A stretch of 64,000 nucleotides of DNA, taken from NCBI GenBank assembly GCA_003243195.1, contig QFQI01000010.1:13196-77195 (forward strand), given 5' to 3'. Both the position numbers and the translations under genes were made by a program. The stretch comes from Sphingomonas taxi. GTDB lineage: Bacteria; Pseudomonadota; Alphaproteobacteria; Sphingomonadales; Sphingomonadaceae. Shown here piece by piece: positions 30,203-41,402 of the stretch (position 1 is its first letter; each line of letters begins with the position of its first letter). The notes beneath the pieces were generated by a model that was given only the letters and a program-made list of their open reading frames with translations, had not been told where the DNA came from and did no database searches.

Positions 30203-33076
30203 TCACGCCGGATGGAGCAACCCGCGTACCCGTTCCAGCAGCAGCTTGCGCGGATACGGCTTGCGGATCAGCCGCTCCTCCGGCACGTCGACGATCGTGG
30301 ACAGATCGACATAGCCGGTGACGAACAGGATCGGCAGCCCGGGATGGAGCTGTTCGGCGCGCTGCGCGAATTCCACGCCGGTCATCACCGGCATCGCGAC
30401 GTCGGCGACCACCAGCTCCACGCCCGGCTCATGCGCCAGCGCCTCCAGCGCGGCGGTGCCGTCGCACGCCTCGATCACCCGGCAACCGGCGTCGCGCAGC
30501 GTCTCTGCCGCCACCGCGCGCACGCGATCCTCGTCATCCAGCACCAGCACCGTGCGTCCCGCGATGGAGGCGGCCGCGACCGGCGTCGCGCTATCCGCCA
30601 CCGCCGGCGCGATGTCGGCGGCACGCGGCAGGAAGACGCTGACCACCGTTCCCGCCCCCTCCTCGCTGTCGATCCGCACGCCGCCGCCGGACTGCTTGGC
30701 GAAACCGAACACCTGCGCCAGCCCCAGCCCCGATCCCTTGCCGACCTCCTTGGTGGTGAAGAACGGTTCGAAGGCACGCGCCAGCACCGCGTCGGACATG
30801 CCGCTGCCCGTATCCGCCACCGCGACGCACACGTAATCGCCGGGCGGCGGCTCCTCCGGCCGTTGCGGCACGCCGCGCGTCACGTTGGTGGTGGACACGG
30901 TCAGCGTGCCGCCCCCCGGCATCGCGTCGCGCGCGTTGATCGCCAGGTTGAGGATGATGAGTTCGATCTGCGTGGGATCGACCAGCGCCGGCCATACCGG
31001 ATCGGCCAGCCGCGTCTCGACCGCGATCGAGCGGCCCAGGGTGCTGCCCAGCAGGTCCGACAGGCCGGCGACCGTGCCGTTCAGGTCGACCACCTTCGCC
31101 TCCAGCCGCTGCCGGCGCGAAAAGGCGAGCAGTTGCGCGGTCAGCGTCGCGCCGCGTTCGGCGGCCAGCCGGATATGATCCAGCCGCTGCTTCATGCGCG
31201 CGTCCAGCGGCGCGCGCTGCCCGCCCAGCGCGATGGCATCGACATTGCCAAGCACCACCGTCAGCAGGTTGTTGAAATCATGCGCGATGCCGGAGGTGAG
31301 CTGGCCGACCGCCTCCAGCCGCTGCATCTGGTGCAGCGTTTCCTCCACCCGCTCGCGCTCCGCGATCTGGCGGGTCAGCTCGGCGGTGCGCTCCGCCACG
31401 CGCGCCTCCAGCCGCTCGCCGGCGGCATGCGCCTCGGTCACGTCGATCGCGCAGGAGATATAGCCCTGAAACGTCGCGCCCACGAAACGCGGACGCCCTT
31501 CGGCATGGAACCAGCGCCGCGTGCCGTCCGCCCCCACGAGCGGATAGTCCCCGCTCAGCACGCTCGGGTTCCGCAGCCATTCGCGGCGCCGCGCGGCGGC
31601 ATGCACGTGGCGGGACGGCGGCAACAGATCGACCCAGCCCTTGTCCATGATCGTGTCGGGCGACACGCCCAGGATCGTTTCGAACCCCTTGCTGGCGAAG
31701 GTCACGCGACCATCCGGCTCGGTCATCCACACCAGCGCCGGCAGGCTGTCCGCCAGCAGGCGGAAGCGCTCCTCGCTCTCACGCGTTGCCGCCGCCACCA
31801 ACTGGCGCGCGGTGATATCCACCAGCGTGCCGCTCACGGACACGCACCGGCCGTCATCGAAAAGGCCACGGCCGCGTGCCGCGATCCAGCGCAGCGTCCC
31901 GTCGCTCTGGTCGACGATGCGATAGTCGATGTCGTAGAGCGCCCGCACCGCCGGATCGAGCGTCGCCATGAACGCGGCACGCACCGGCACGCGATCCTCG
32001 GGATGCATCAGCGCGCCGAACTGGGTCAGCGAAAGGCACCTCCCCTCCGGCGCAAGCCCGTGCATCGACCAGCCGCGCGGCGAGCAGGATAGTTCATCGC
32101 GCGCGACGTCATAGGTCCAGATCGCGACTTCGCCGGCCTCGGTCGCCTGCTCCAGCGACAGCCGGCTCTGCGCCAGCGCCAGCTCCGCCTGGTACCGGTC
32201 GGTGCGATCGGCGCCCTTGATGAAGATCGCGGTGACGACACCGTTGGCGTCGGTGATCGGCTGGCAGATGAAGTCCAGCCGGTGTTCGCGCCTCGGCCCC
32301 GGCGTCGTCCTGGGCAGCGGCACCGGCACGTCCACGCCGTGGAACGGCTCGCCGGTGCGCACCACCTCGTCCAACTGCTCGACGACGCCAAACGGTGCGG
32401 CCTCGGGCAGCGCCTCCGCGAACGGCAGGCCCAGCAGCGGGCGGTCGCCGGCCATGCGGCGATAGGCACCGTTGACGAGTTCGAAGACATGCCCGGGTTC
32501 GCGCAATACCGCCAGGAAGCCCGGCGCCTGATCGAACATCGCCCGCAGCCGCTCGCGCTCGGCCACCATCTCCTCCAGCGCGCGCACCCGCGCGGTCGTG
32601 TCGGACACGACGCACAGCACGCCGCCGATGCCGCCATGCTCCAGCACCACCGGAGAGAGGGAGATGTCGAAATACACGCGCTCCACGATCGGTGAGCGCC
32701 TGATGTCGAACGGGCGATCCTTTTCCGCCACCGTCTCGCCGGTGGCTTGCACCTTCTCGACCAGCGGTTGCAGGTCGTTCCACAACGCGCGCCAGATGCG
32801 GCGGGCGGGCTGACCCAGCGCCGCCGGGTGGCTGTCGCCGAGCGAGCGCGCGAATGCATCATTGTAGAAAATCAGATGGTCCGGCCCCCACAGCAGCAGC
32901 ATCTGCGCGCACGAAGGAAGGATCAGCGCGAGCGCGTGGCGCAGCGCAGGCGGCCAGCCGTCCGGCGCGCCCACCGGGGTTGTCGACCAATCGAACGCCG
33001 CGATCCTCCGCCCCATGTCCCCGGCATGCGCAAAGAGGTGCGCACGTGTGCCCGGCGGGGGAAACACCTCGTTCAT
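30203..33076 (-). CDS. Hybrid sensor histidine kinase/response regulator with multiple PAS domains
   Basis: ATG 33076 (MNEVFPPPG). H-box LTSGIAHDFNNLL, N-box LAINARDAM, G-boxes DTGSGM and GSGLGL. Receiver VLVLDDE...VVADVAMP...KP. The 1576-aa ORF in the track extends antisense through nadE. Confidence 0.85.
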   Translation of the reverse strand: MNEVFPPPGTRAHLFAHAGDMGRRIAAFDWSTTPVGAPDGWPPALRHALALILPSCAQMLLLWGPDHLIFYNDAFARSLGDSHPAALGQPARRIWRALWNDLQPLVEKVQATGETVAEKDRPFDIRRSPIVERVYFDISLSPVVLEHGGIGGVLCVVSDTTARVRALEEMVAERERLRAMFDQAPGFLAVLREPGHVFELVNGAYRRMAGDRPLLGLPFAEALPEAAPFGVVEQLDEVVRTGEPFHGVDVPVPLPRTTPGPRREHRLDFICQPITDANGVVTAIFIKGADRTDRYQAELALAQSRLSLEQATEAGEVAIWTYDVARDELSCSPRGWSMHGLAPEGRCLSLTQFGALMHPEDRVPVRAAFMATLDPAVRALYDIDYRIVDQSDGTLRWIAARGRGLFDDGRCVSVSGTLVDITARQLVAAATRESEERFRLLADSLPALVWMTEPDGRVTFASKGFETILGVSPDTIMDKGWVDLLPPSRHVHAAARRREWLRNPSVLSGDYPLVGADGTRRWFHAEGRPRFVGATFQGYISCAIDVTEAHAAGERLEARVAERTAELTRQIAERERVEETLHQMQRLEAVGQLTSGIAHDFNNLLTVVLGNVDAIALGGQRAPLDARMKQRLDHIRLAAERGATLTAQLLAFSRRQRLEAKVVDLNGTVAGLSDLLGSTLGRSIAVETRLADPVWPALVDPTQIELIILNLAINARDAMPGGGTLTVSTTNVTRGVPQRPEEPPPGDYVCVAVADTGSGMSDAVLARAFEPFFTTKEVGKGSGLGLAQVFGFAKQSGGGVRIDSEEGAGTVVSVFLPRAADIAPAVADSATPVAAASIAGRTVLVLDDEDRVRAVAAETLRDAGCRVIEACDGTAALEALAHEPGVELVVADVAMPVMTGVEFAQRAEQLHPGLPILFVTGYVDLSTIVDVPEERLIRKPYPRKLLLERVRGLLHPA

Positions 33077-33151
33077 CAACGAGCAACGTAGCGCGCCTTC
33101 ACCGCCGCGGAAAGTTGGCAAACCGGGGTCGTTACGGATATTTGCGCGGGC

Positions 33152-35188
<2,037 letters not shown>

Positions 35189-35245
35189 CGCCCTTCGCCA
35201 TTCCCGTGCCGCTGACGGAGATCAGCACGAATGCCGCCGGTGGCA

Positions 35246-35270
35246 TGAACCTCCGCGCCCATCACCCGTT
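35246..35270 (+). promoter_or_regulatory. Candidate EcfG-type (general stress) promoter
   Basis: tGAAC-N16-CGTT (consensus GGAAC-N16/17-CGTT), 30 nt upstream of ATG 35301 with GGAGAA as RBS. Confidence 0.35.
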
Positions 35271-35300
35271 CGGGGCATAACCCCTTCGGAGAACAGCGAC

Positions 35301-36293
35301 ATGGACGATCAGGGCACCACGCGTCGTACCGTGCTGGGCGGCGGGGCCGCCGCCGGGCTGGCCCTCGCCACCCCCGCTGCCGCCGCGCAGGGCGGCGCGA
35401 CCGCCGGCACCGCGCAGCTTCACGATCCGCGCACCAGATATACCAGCCAGCCGTTCCCCGAACAGCGCCAGCCATGGCCGGCATTGCAGGGCAAGATGAC
35501 GCCGCGTCCCGACAGCGGCGAAACCAGCTATCGCGGTTCGGGCCGGCTGACCGGGCGCAAGGCGCTGGTTACCGGCGGCGACAGCGGCATCGGCCGCGCG
35601 GCCGCGATCGCCTACGCCCGCGAGGGTGCCGATGTCGCGATCAATTACTATCCAGCCGAGGAACCCGACGCGCGGGAGGTGAAGGCACTGATAGAGCAGG
35701 CGGGGCGCAAGGCGGTGCTGCTGCCCGCCGACATCCGCACCGAACGCGCCTGCACGAAACTGGTCGCCGATGCGGTGCGCGGGCTGGGCGGGCTGGACCT
35801 GCTGGTCAACAATGCCGCCTATCAGCAGAGCAAGGCCGACATTTCCGAGATCAGCGACGAGCAGTTCGTCCGCACGTTCGAGACGAACGTCTTCGCGATG
35901 TTCCGCATCTGCAAGGCGGCGATCCCCGCGATGCCGCCGGGCGCGGTCATCATCAACACCGGCTCGGTCAACAGCTACGATCCCGGCGAGGAGCTGCTGG
36001 ACTATGCCAGCACGAAGGGCGCGATCCTGATCTTCACCAAGGGGCTGGCCAAGCAGCTCGCCGGCAAGGGCATCCGCGTCAACATGGTCGCGCCCGGTCC
36101 GATCTGGACGCCGCTGCAGGTCGCCGGGGGGCAGTTGCCGGGCAAGCTGGGCGAGTTCGGGCAGGACACGCCGCTCGGCCGCGCCGGCCAGCCGGCCGAG
36201 CTGGCGCCGCTGTACGTCGCGCTGGCGGAGGACGGCACCAGCTTCTCCACCGGCACCGCCGTCGGCGCGCACGGCGGGAAGGGCAACCCGTAA
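35301..36293 (+). CDS. SDR family oxidoreductase (YghA / general-stress-protein-39-like) with Tat-like N-terminus
   Basis: ATG 35301 (MDDQGTTRRTVLGGGAAAGLALATPAAAA). TGGDSGIGRA, NNAA, YASTKGA. Confidence 0.8.
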   Translation: MDDQGTTRRTVLGGGAAAGLALATPAAAAQGGATAGTAQLHDPRTRYTSQPFPEQRQPWPALQGKMTPRPDSGETSYRGSGRLTGRKALVTGGDSGIGRAAAIAYAREGADVAINYYPAEEPDAREVKALIEQAGRKAVLLPADIRTERACTKLVADAVRGLGGLDLLVNNAAYQQSKADISEISDEQFVRTFETNVFAMFRICKAAIPAMPPGAVIINTGSVNSYDPGEELLDYASTKGAILIFTKGLAKQLAGKGIRVNMVAPGPIWTPLQVAGGQLPGKLGEFGQDTPLGRAGQPAELAPLYVALAEDGTSFSTGTAVGAHGGKGNP

Positions 36294-36364
36294 CGGTCCG
36301 CGCCGGCCCGGGAAAGCGGCGCCGCCGCACCTTACTGATCTCGATCAAGCCACGGGAATCACAC

Positions 36365-36390
36365 GGAACGGATCGCATCAGCACGCGCTT
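36365..36390 (+). promoter_or_regulatory. Weak EcfG-like promoter candidate
   Basis: GGAAC-N17-GCTT (imperfect -10), 28 nt upstream of ATG 36418 with AGGAAAGGAG as RBS. Confidence 0.25.
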
Positions 36391-36417
36391 GTGGGGGCGA
36401 CAGGAAAGGAGCCGGAC

Positions 36418-36945
36418 ATGGCCGACGACGCCCCCCTCGCCGCCACCAAAAAGGGCACCGCCGACGCGATCACCGCGCGCGCGGTGACGATCAACAAGCC
36501 CGCCGACGAAGTCTACGCCCGCTTCCGCGATTTCGCGCAACTGCCATCCTTCATGGAGAATGTCGTGCGCGTCGACGTGCTCGACGAGCGCCGCTCGCAC
36601 TGGGTGGTGAAGGCGCCCGGTGGCCGCACGGTGGAATGGGACGCGAGCATCACCGAGGACGTGCCCGGCAGGCTGCTGGCGTGGGAGACCGAGGACGGCG
36701 CCGACGTGCCCAATTCCGGGCGTGTCGCGTTCCGCGACGCCGGCGCGCGCGGCACCGTGGTCAGCGCGACGATCCATTACGATCCGCCCGGCGGCATCGT
36801 CGGCAAGGTGATCGCCAAGATGTTCCAGCGTGAACCCGCGATCCAGGCGCGCCGCGACCTGCGCCGCTTCAAGCAACTGCTGGAAACCGGCGAGATCGCC
36901 ACCCCGGCGATGAACAAGAAGCAATTCGAGGAGATGGGGCTGTGA
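36418..36945 (+). CDS. SRPBCC (cyclase/dehydrase, START-like) family protein
   Basis: ORF 36391..36945 trimmed to ATG 36418. [18 protein letters not shown] and [16 protein letters not shown] are typical of polyketide-cyclase-like SRPBCC proteins. Confidence 0.65.
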   Translation: MADDAPLAATKKGTADAITARAVTINKPADEVYARFRDFAQLPSFMENVVRVDVLDERRSHWVVKAPGGRTVEWDASITEDVPGRLLAWETEDGADVPNSGRVAFRDAGARGTVVSATIHYDPPGGIVGKVIAKMFQREPAIQARRDLRRFKQLLETGEIATPAMNKKQFEEMGL

Positions 36946-38120
36946 AAGCGATCGCCTGGCATGGAAAGCACGACGTGCGCGTCGATACCGTCGACGATCC
37001 CGGCATCGTCAACCCGCGCGATTGCGTCATCAAGGTGACGTCCACCGCGATCTGCGGTTCCGACCTGCACCTGTACGACGGCTATATCCCGACCATGCAG
37101 GCCGGCGACATTCTGGGCCATGAATTCATGGGCGAGGTGGTCGAGGTCGGCAAGGATTCGACGCTGAAGAAGGGCCAGCGCGTCGTGGTGCCGTTCACCA
37201 TCGCGTGCGGTAGCTGCTATCATTGCGGCAAACATCAATATTCGGCGTGCGACAACGGCCTCCCCGCCGCCAACCAGGACATCGCGCAGGAGCTGTACGG
37301 CCAGCCGATGAGCGGCCTGTTCGGCTACAGCCACATGACCGGCGGCTATGCCGGCGGACAGGCGGAATATGTCCGCGTGCCGTTCAGCGATGTCGGCCCG
37401 ATCGTCATTCCCGACGGCGTGGAAGACGACAAGGTGCTGTTCCTGTCCGACATCCTGCCGACCGGCTGGCAGGCGGCGGAATATGCGCAGATCGAACCCG
37501 GCGACACGGTGGCGGTGTGGGGCTGCGGCCCGGTTGGGCTGTTCGCGGTGCAATCGGCGTTCCTGATGGGGGCCGAACGCGTGATCGCGATCGACCATTT
37601 CCCCAACCGGCTGAAGCTGGCCGCGAAGTTCGGCGCGGAGACGATCAATTTCGAGGAAAGCGCGGTGTATGAGGCGCTGATGGAGATGACCGGCGGGATT
37701 GGCCCGGATGCGGTGATCGACTCGGTCGGGCTGGAAGCGCACGGCTTCTTCGTCGACAACATCATCGACCAGATCAAGGTGTCGACCTTCCTGGGCACCG
37801 ACCGTGCGCACGCCAATCGCCAGGCGATCCTGGCGTGTCGCAAGGGCGGGCGCGTGTCGATGCCGGCGGTGTACGGCGGCTTCGTCGACAAATGGCCGCT
37901 CGGCGCGTTCATGGAGAAGGGCTTGCAGCTCAAGACCGGGCAGACCCACGTCCAGCACTATCTCCCCGGCCTGCTGACCGCGATCCTGGAGGAGAAGATC
38001 GACACCACCTTCCTGATCTCGCACCGCCTGCCGCTGACCGCCGGACCGGAAGGGTACAAGATGTTCCACGACCAGCAGGACGAGGTGACCAAGATCGTCC
38101 TGAAGCCGGGAATGGCGTGA
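36942..38120 (+). CDS. Zinc-dependent alcohol dehydrogenase (glutathione-independent formaldehyde dehydrogenase-like)
   Basis: GTG 36942 overlaps the upstream stop (GTGA). [14 protein letters not shown], structural-Zn [13 protein letters not shown] Rossmann motif. Confidence 0.85.
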   Translation: MKAIAWHGKHDVRVDTVDDPGIVNPRDCVIKVTSTAICGSDLHLYDGYIPTMQAGDILGHEFMGEVVEVGKDSTLKKGQRVVVPFTIACGSCYHCGKHQYSACDNGLPAANQDIAQELYGQPMSGLFGYSHMTGGYAGGQAEYVRVPFSDVGPIVIPDGVEDDKVLFLSDILPTGWQAAEYAQIEPGDTVAVWGCGPVGLFAVQSAFLMGAERVIAIDHFPNRLKLAAKFGAETINFEESAVYEALMEMTGGIGPDAVIDSVGLEAHGFFVDNIIDQIKVSTFLGTDRAHANRQAILACRKGGRVSMPAVYGGFVDKWPLGAFMEKGLQLKTGQTHVQHYLPGLLTAILEEKIDTTFLISHRLPLTAGPEGYKMFHDQQDEVTKIVLKPGMA

Positions 38121-38124
38121 GCGT

Positions 38125-38928
38125 ATGACGGGAGTAGCTCCAATGGCTGACAAATTCGCGATCATCACCGGCGCGTCGACCGGCATCGGCTTCGAACTGG
38201 CGACGCTCGCCGCGCAGAACGGCTACGACATCCTTGTCGTCGCCGACGAGCCGCTGATCGACGCCGCCGCCGCCGACTTCCGGCAGTTCGGGACAAAGGT
38301 CGAGGCGGTCGAGGCCGATCTGTCGACCATCGACGGCGTCGACCGGCTGCTCGCCGCCGCGGACGGTCGCCCGATCGACCTGCTGTGCGCCAATGCCGGC
38401 AAGGGGCTGGGCCGCGCCTTCCTTGATCAGGACGTCGCAGACTGGCGGCGCGTGATCGACACCAACATCACCGGCACCCTCTACCTGTTGCAGAAAACGC
38501 TGGCGCAGATGGTGGCGCGCGGCGAGGGCAAGGTGCTCGTCACCGGCTCGATCGCGGGCTTCATGCCGGGCAGCTTCCAGGCGGTGTATAACGGATCGAA
38601 GGCGTTCGTGGATTCCTTCACCGATGCGTTGCGCGACGAGTTGAAGGACCATGAGGGCGTCACGCTCACCACGCTGATGCCCGGGCCGGTTGAGACGGAG
38701 TTCTTCGACCGCGCCGACATGATGGACACCGCCGTTGGGGCGTCGGACAGCAAGTCCGATCCGGCGACGGTCGCGCAGGATGGCTGGGACGCGCTGATGG
38801 CGGGCAAGCATTCGATCGTGTCGGGCTGGAAGAACAAGCTGCAGGCGGCGGCCGCGCACGTTCTTCCCGCCGAGGTCACCGCGCACATGCACCGCAACAT
38901 GGCCGAACCGGGCACCGCCAAAGAGTGA
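38125..38928 (+). CDS. SDR family oxidoreductase
   Basis: ITGASTGIGFE, NAG, YNGSKAF. Lies 4 nt after the ADH stop. An alternative start is ATG 38143. Confidence 0.8.
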   Translation: MTGVAPMADKFAIITGASTGIGFELATLAAQNGYDILVVADEPLIDAAAADFRQFGTKVEAVEADLSTIDGVDRLLAAADGRPIDLLCANAGKGLGRAFLDQDVADWRRVIDTNITGTLYLLQKTLAQMVARGEGKVLVTGSIAGFMPGSFQAVYNGSKAFVDSFTDALRDELKDHEGVTLTTLMPGPVETEFFDRADMMDTAVGASDSKSDPATVAQDGWDALMAGKHSIVSGWKNKLQAAAAHVLPAEVTAHMHRNMAEPGTAKE

Positions 38929-39196
38929 GGCGCGCGCCGATACGGATAGCGGCCGGGCATTAACAACAAACCGGATCGCGACATCGGCGCTCCGGCGCGG
39001 AGCGTGCGAACATGGATGTCAGCAGGCGTGGATATGCGAGATATCCGGCGAAGCGACAGTGACAATTATGGTACGCGGGCGATGTGAAACTCGCGCAACC
39101 GTTTGTTCGATGCTTTTCACCGTATCGGGTGCAATTGTGGCGTTGCACAATGATCGCGGCCGTGAAATGAGCATTGGCCCTTGAGGGAGATGGACC

Positions 39197-39442
39197 ATGA
39201 AGATCGGTAAGTACCTGCTTGCCGCTGCCGCCGCGTCGCTCGCGACCGTTCCGGCAGTGGCTGCCCCGGCCAACCCGGCCGCCAGCCTGTCGGTCGCCAA
39301 GTCGGCCCGCGCCGGCACCGCGACCGCCAAGAAGAACGAGCTCGTCGGTGGCGGCCTGATCGTCGCGGCCGTCGCGGCTGCGGCGGTTGTCGCCGGCATC
39401 ATCATCATCGCCGATGATGACGACGATTCCGACAGCAACTAA
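39197..39442 (+). CDS. Small exported/anchored protein with poly-Asp tail (81 aa)
   Basis: GAGGGAG RBS 8 nt upstream. Signal MKIGKYLLAAAAASLATVPAVAAPA, C-terminal TM LIVAAVAAAAVVAGIIII, then ADDDDDSDSN. A strong terminator follows. Confidence 0.6.
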   Translation: MKIGKYLLAAAAASLATVPAVAAPANPAASLSVAKSARAGTATAKKNELVGGGLIVAAVAAAAVVAGIIIIADDDDDSDSN

Positions 39443-39463
39443 GCTGCCCTGACGACCGGAGAA

Positions 39464-39498
39464 GGGGGAAGCGGCGCCCGCGCCGCTTCCCCCTTTTT
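39464..39498 (+). terminator. Rho-independent terminator
   Basis: 13-bp perfect stem GGGGGAAGCGGCG / CGCCGCTTCCCCC, CCCG loop, then TTTTT. It sits between the convergent small gene and opgH. Confidence 0.85.
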
Positions 39499-39569
39499 CA
39501 TGTCCGGCCTTTCGTCATCCGCAGGGGGCACGAGGCGCGGTCGCCTCGCGGCGGCCGGATCGCTTCCGG

Positions 39570-41402
39570 TTACGGCGCGCCGGCCTGACGCGCCTCCGCC
39601 AGCGTCAGCGGCAGCGGCAGCGGGCGAGGTTCCGAGCCGTCGGCGTCGGTCACGAAGATGCCCAGCCGTGCCGCCCGGCGGCCCCAGCGCTCGCTGGCGG
39701 TCCATTGCACCACCAGCGGCGACAGCAGCAGCCCGGCGGTGACCGGCGCCAGCCACCATGCGGCGGTGGGCATCAGCGGCGACAGCGCCAGCATCAGCGC
39801 CCCGATGCCCATATGCCAGCGATAGCGCGGCAGGATCGCGCGCATCGCCAGACTGTCACCGCGCCGGTTCTGCGGCTGCCACTCCGCCTTGCGCTGCCGC
39901 GCGATGCCGATCAGGTCGATGGTCTGCGTCAGGGCGATCGTGGGCGCGGCAAGGATCGACAGCGGCACGTCCAGCGCGACCGAGCGCAGGATCGCCCCCG
40001 CTCCGCCCAGCGCGCGCCGCCGCCGCGCCTCACCCAGCGCATGGATCACCCCCAGCAGCTTCGGTCCAAACAGCAGCGCCACCGTCGTGACCAGCACCAT
40101 GCCGGACGGATCGCCCGCCATCAGCCCCTTCTCGCCGCGCACCGCCTGCACCACGCTGACCGCGATCAGCAGCAGCCACAGCGGCGAGGCGAGGTAGCCG
40201 GCCGCGCCCAGCAGCAGTTGCAGGCGGTTGACCCAGTGGAACCCCGATGCGTGCAGCAATTGCAGATGCTGGAGATTGCCCTGCGCCCAGCGCCGGTCGC
40301 GCACCGCCGCGTCGATCATCGTCGGGGGATATTCCTCGAACGTCTCCTCGGTCATCACCATGTGCACGCGCCAGCCGCGCCGCCGCAGCAGCGCCGCCTC
40401 CACCACGTCATGGCTCATGATCGTGCCGCCGAACGGCGGCGTGCCGGGCAACACCGGCAGGCCACAGCTTTCCGCGAAGGCGCGCACGCGGATCAGCGCA
40501 TTGTGCCCCCAGAAGGTCGCCTCCGCGCCCGACCACCATACCAGACCGGCGGTCGCCGCAGGGCCGTAGATGCGGCTGGCGAACTGCATCCAGCGCTGGA
40601 ACAGCGTGGTCGCGCCGATCACCTGCGGCACGGTCTGGAGCAGCGCCACCGCCGGGCGGCGGTCCATGATCTGCGCCATGCCGACGATCGTGTCGCCGCC
40701 CATCAGGCTGTCCGCGTCCAGCATCAGCATGTAATCATAGGCCGCGCCGAAGCGCCGGAGCCATTCGGCGATGTTGCCCGGCTTGCGTCCGACGTTCTCG
40801 GCGCGACGGCGATAATGGACCGCGCACGTCGATCGCGCGGCCAGCGCCTGCCATGCCGCCACCTCCTCCGCCTCGTTCGCGGCGGACGAATCGCTCAGGA
40901 TGAAGAAATCGAACGCCGCGCCCGACCCGGCGCGCGCCAGTGCGTCCGCCATGTGCGCCAGCCGGCCGCACACCTCGGCGATATCCTCGTTATGCACCGG
41001 CATCAGGATCGCGGTGCGCCCCTTCAGCGGTTCCGACCAGCGCGGCATCGGCGTGAAGCCGGGGTGCAGCCCGGTCGCCAGTACGATATAGCCGACCACC
41101 GCGTTGATGAAGCCGAACGCCAACAGTGCGAACAGGGGGAAGAATACCGTCAGCAACAGCATGTCGCTGACCGCCAGCCCGTCCGTCAGCACCGATTCCT
41201 TCAGCGCGGTGGAGGCGGCGAGCGCCAGTACCAACGTCAGCAGCACCAGGATCGCGCGCCGTGCGAGGATATCGGCGGGTGAGCCGATCGCGCCGTCGAA
41301 CGGCTGCGGTGCGCGATCCGGCGGCGGCGGCCCGTCGAACCGCTGTTCGGGCATCTCCAGCGGCGCGTCCGCCGGCAGACGCGGCGGCGGCGCGGCGGTC
41401 AC
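39570..41402 (-). CDS. opgH: Glucans biosynthesis glucosyltransferase H
   Basis: 610 aa. GT2 core ILMPVHNED, DFFILSDS, MLMLDADS, SHDVVEAALLRR, RWAQGNLQH, flanked by TM segments. Confidence 0.9.
   Translation of the reverse strand: MTAAPPPRLPADAPLEMPEQRFDGPPPPDRAPQPFDGAIGSPADILARRAILVLLTLVLALAASTALKESVLTDGLAVSDMLLLTVFFPLFALLAFGFINAVVGYIVLATGLHPGFTPMPRWSEPLKGRTAILMPVHNEDIAEVCGRLAHMADALARAGSGAAFDFFILSDSSAANEAEEVAAWQALAARSTCAVHYRRRAENVGRKPGNIAEWLRRFGAAYDYMLMLDADSLMGGDTIVGMAQIMDRRPAVALLQTVPQVIGATTLFQRWMQFASRIYGPAATAGLVWWSGAEATFWGHNALIRVRAFAESCGLPVLPGTPPFGGTIMSHDVVEAALLRRRGWRVHMVMTEETFEEYPPTMIDAAVRDRRWAQGNLQHLQLLHASGFHWVNRLQLLLGAAGYLASPLWLLLIAVSVVQAVRGEKGLMAGDPSGMVLVTTVALLFGPKLLGVIHALGEARRRRALGGAGAILRSVALDVPLSILAAPTIALTQTIDLIGIARQRKAEWQPQNRRGDSLAMRAILPRYRWHMGIGALMLALSPLMPTAAWWLAPVTAGLLLSPLVVQWTASERWGRRAARLGIFVTDADGSEPRPLPLPLTLAEARQAGAP

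Noticed and set aside
33109-33133. GGAAA-N16-CGTT EcfG-like motif upstream of nadE
   Set aside because: It has one mismatch in the -35 element. The -10 ends only 18 nt before ATG 33152, which leaves no room for a 5'UTR with an RBS. It is probably a chance match.
38960-39148. 62-aa Cys/His-rich minus-strand ORF (MQRHNCTRYGEKH...)
   Set aside because: It has no RBS and atypical codon usage for this genome. It overlaps the promoter region of the small exported-protein gene and is likely spurious.
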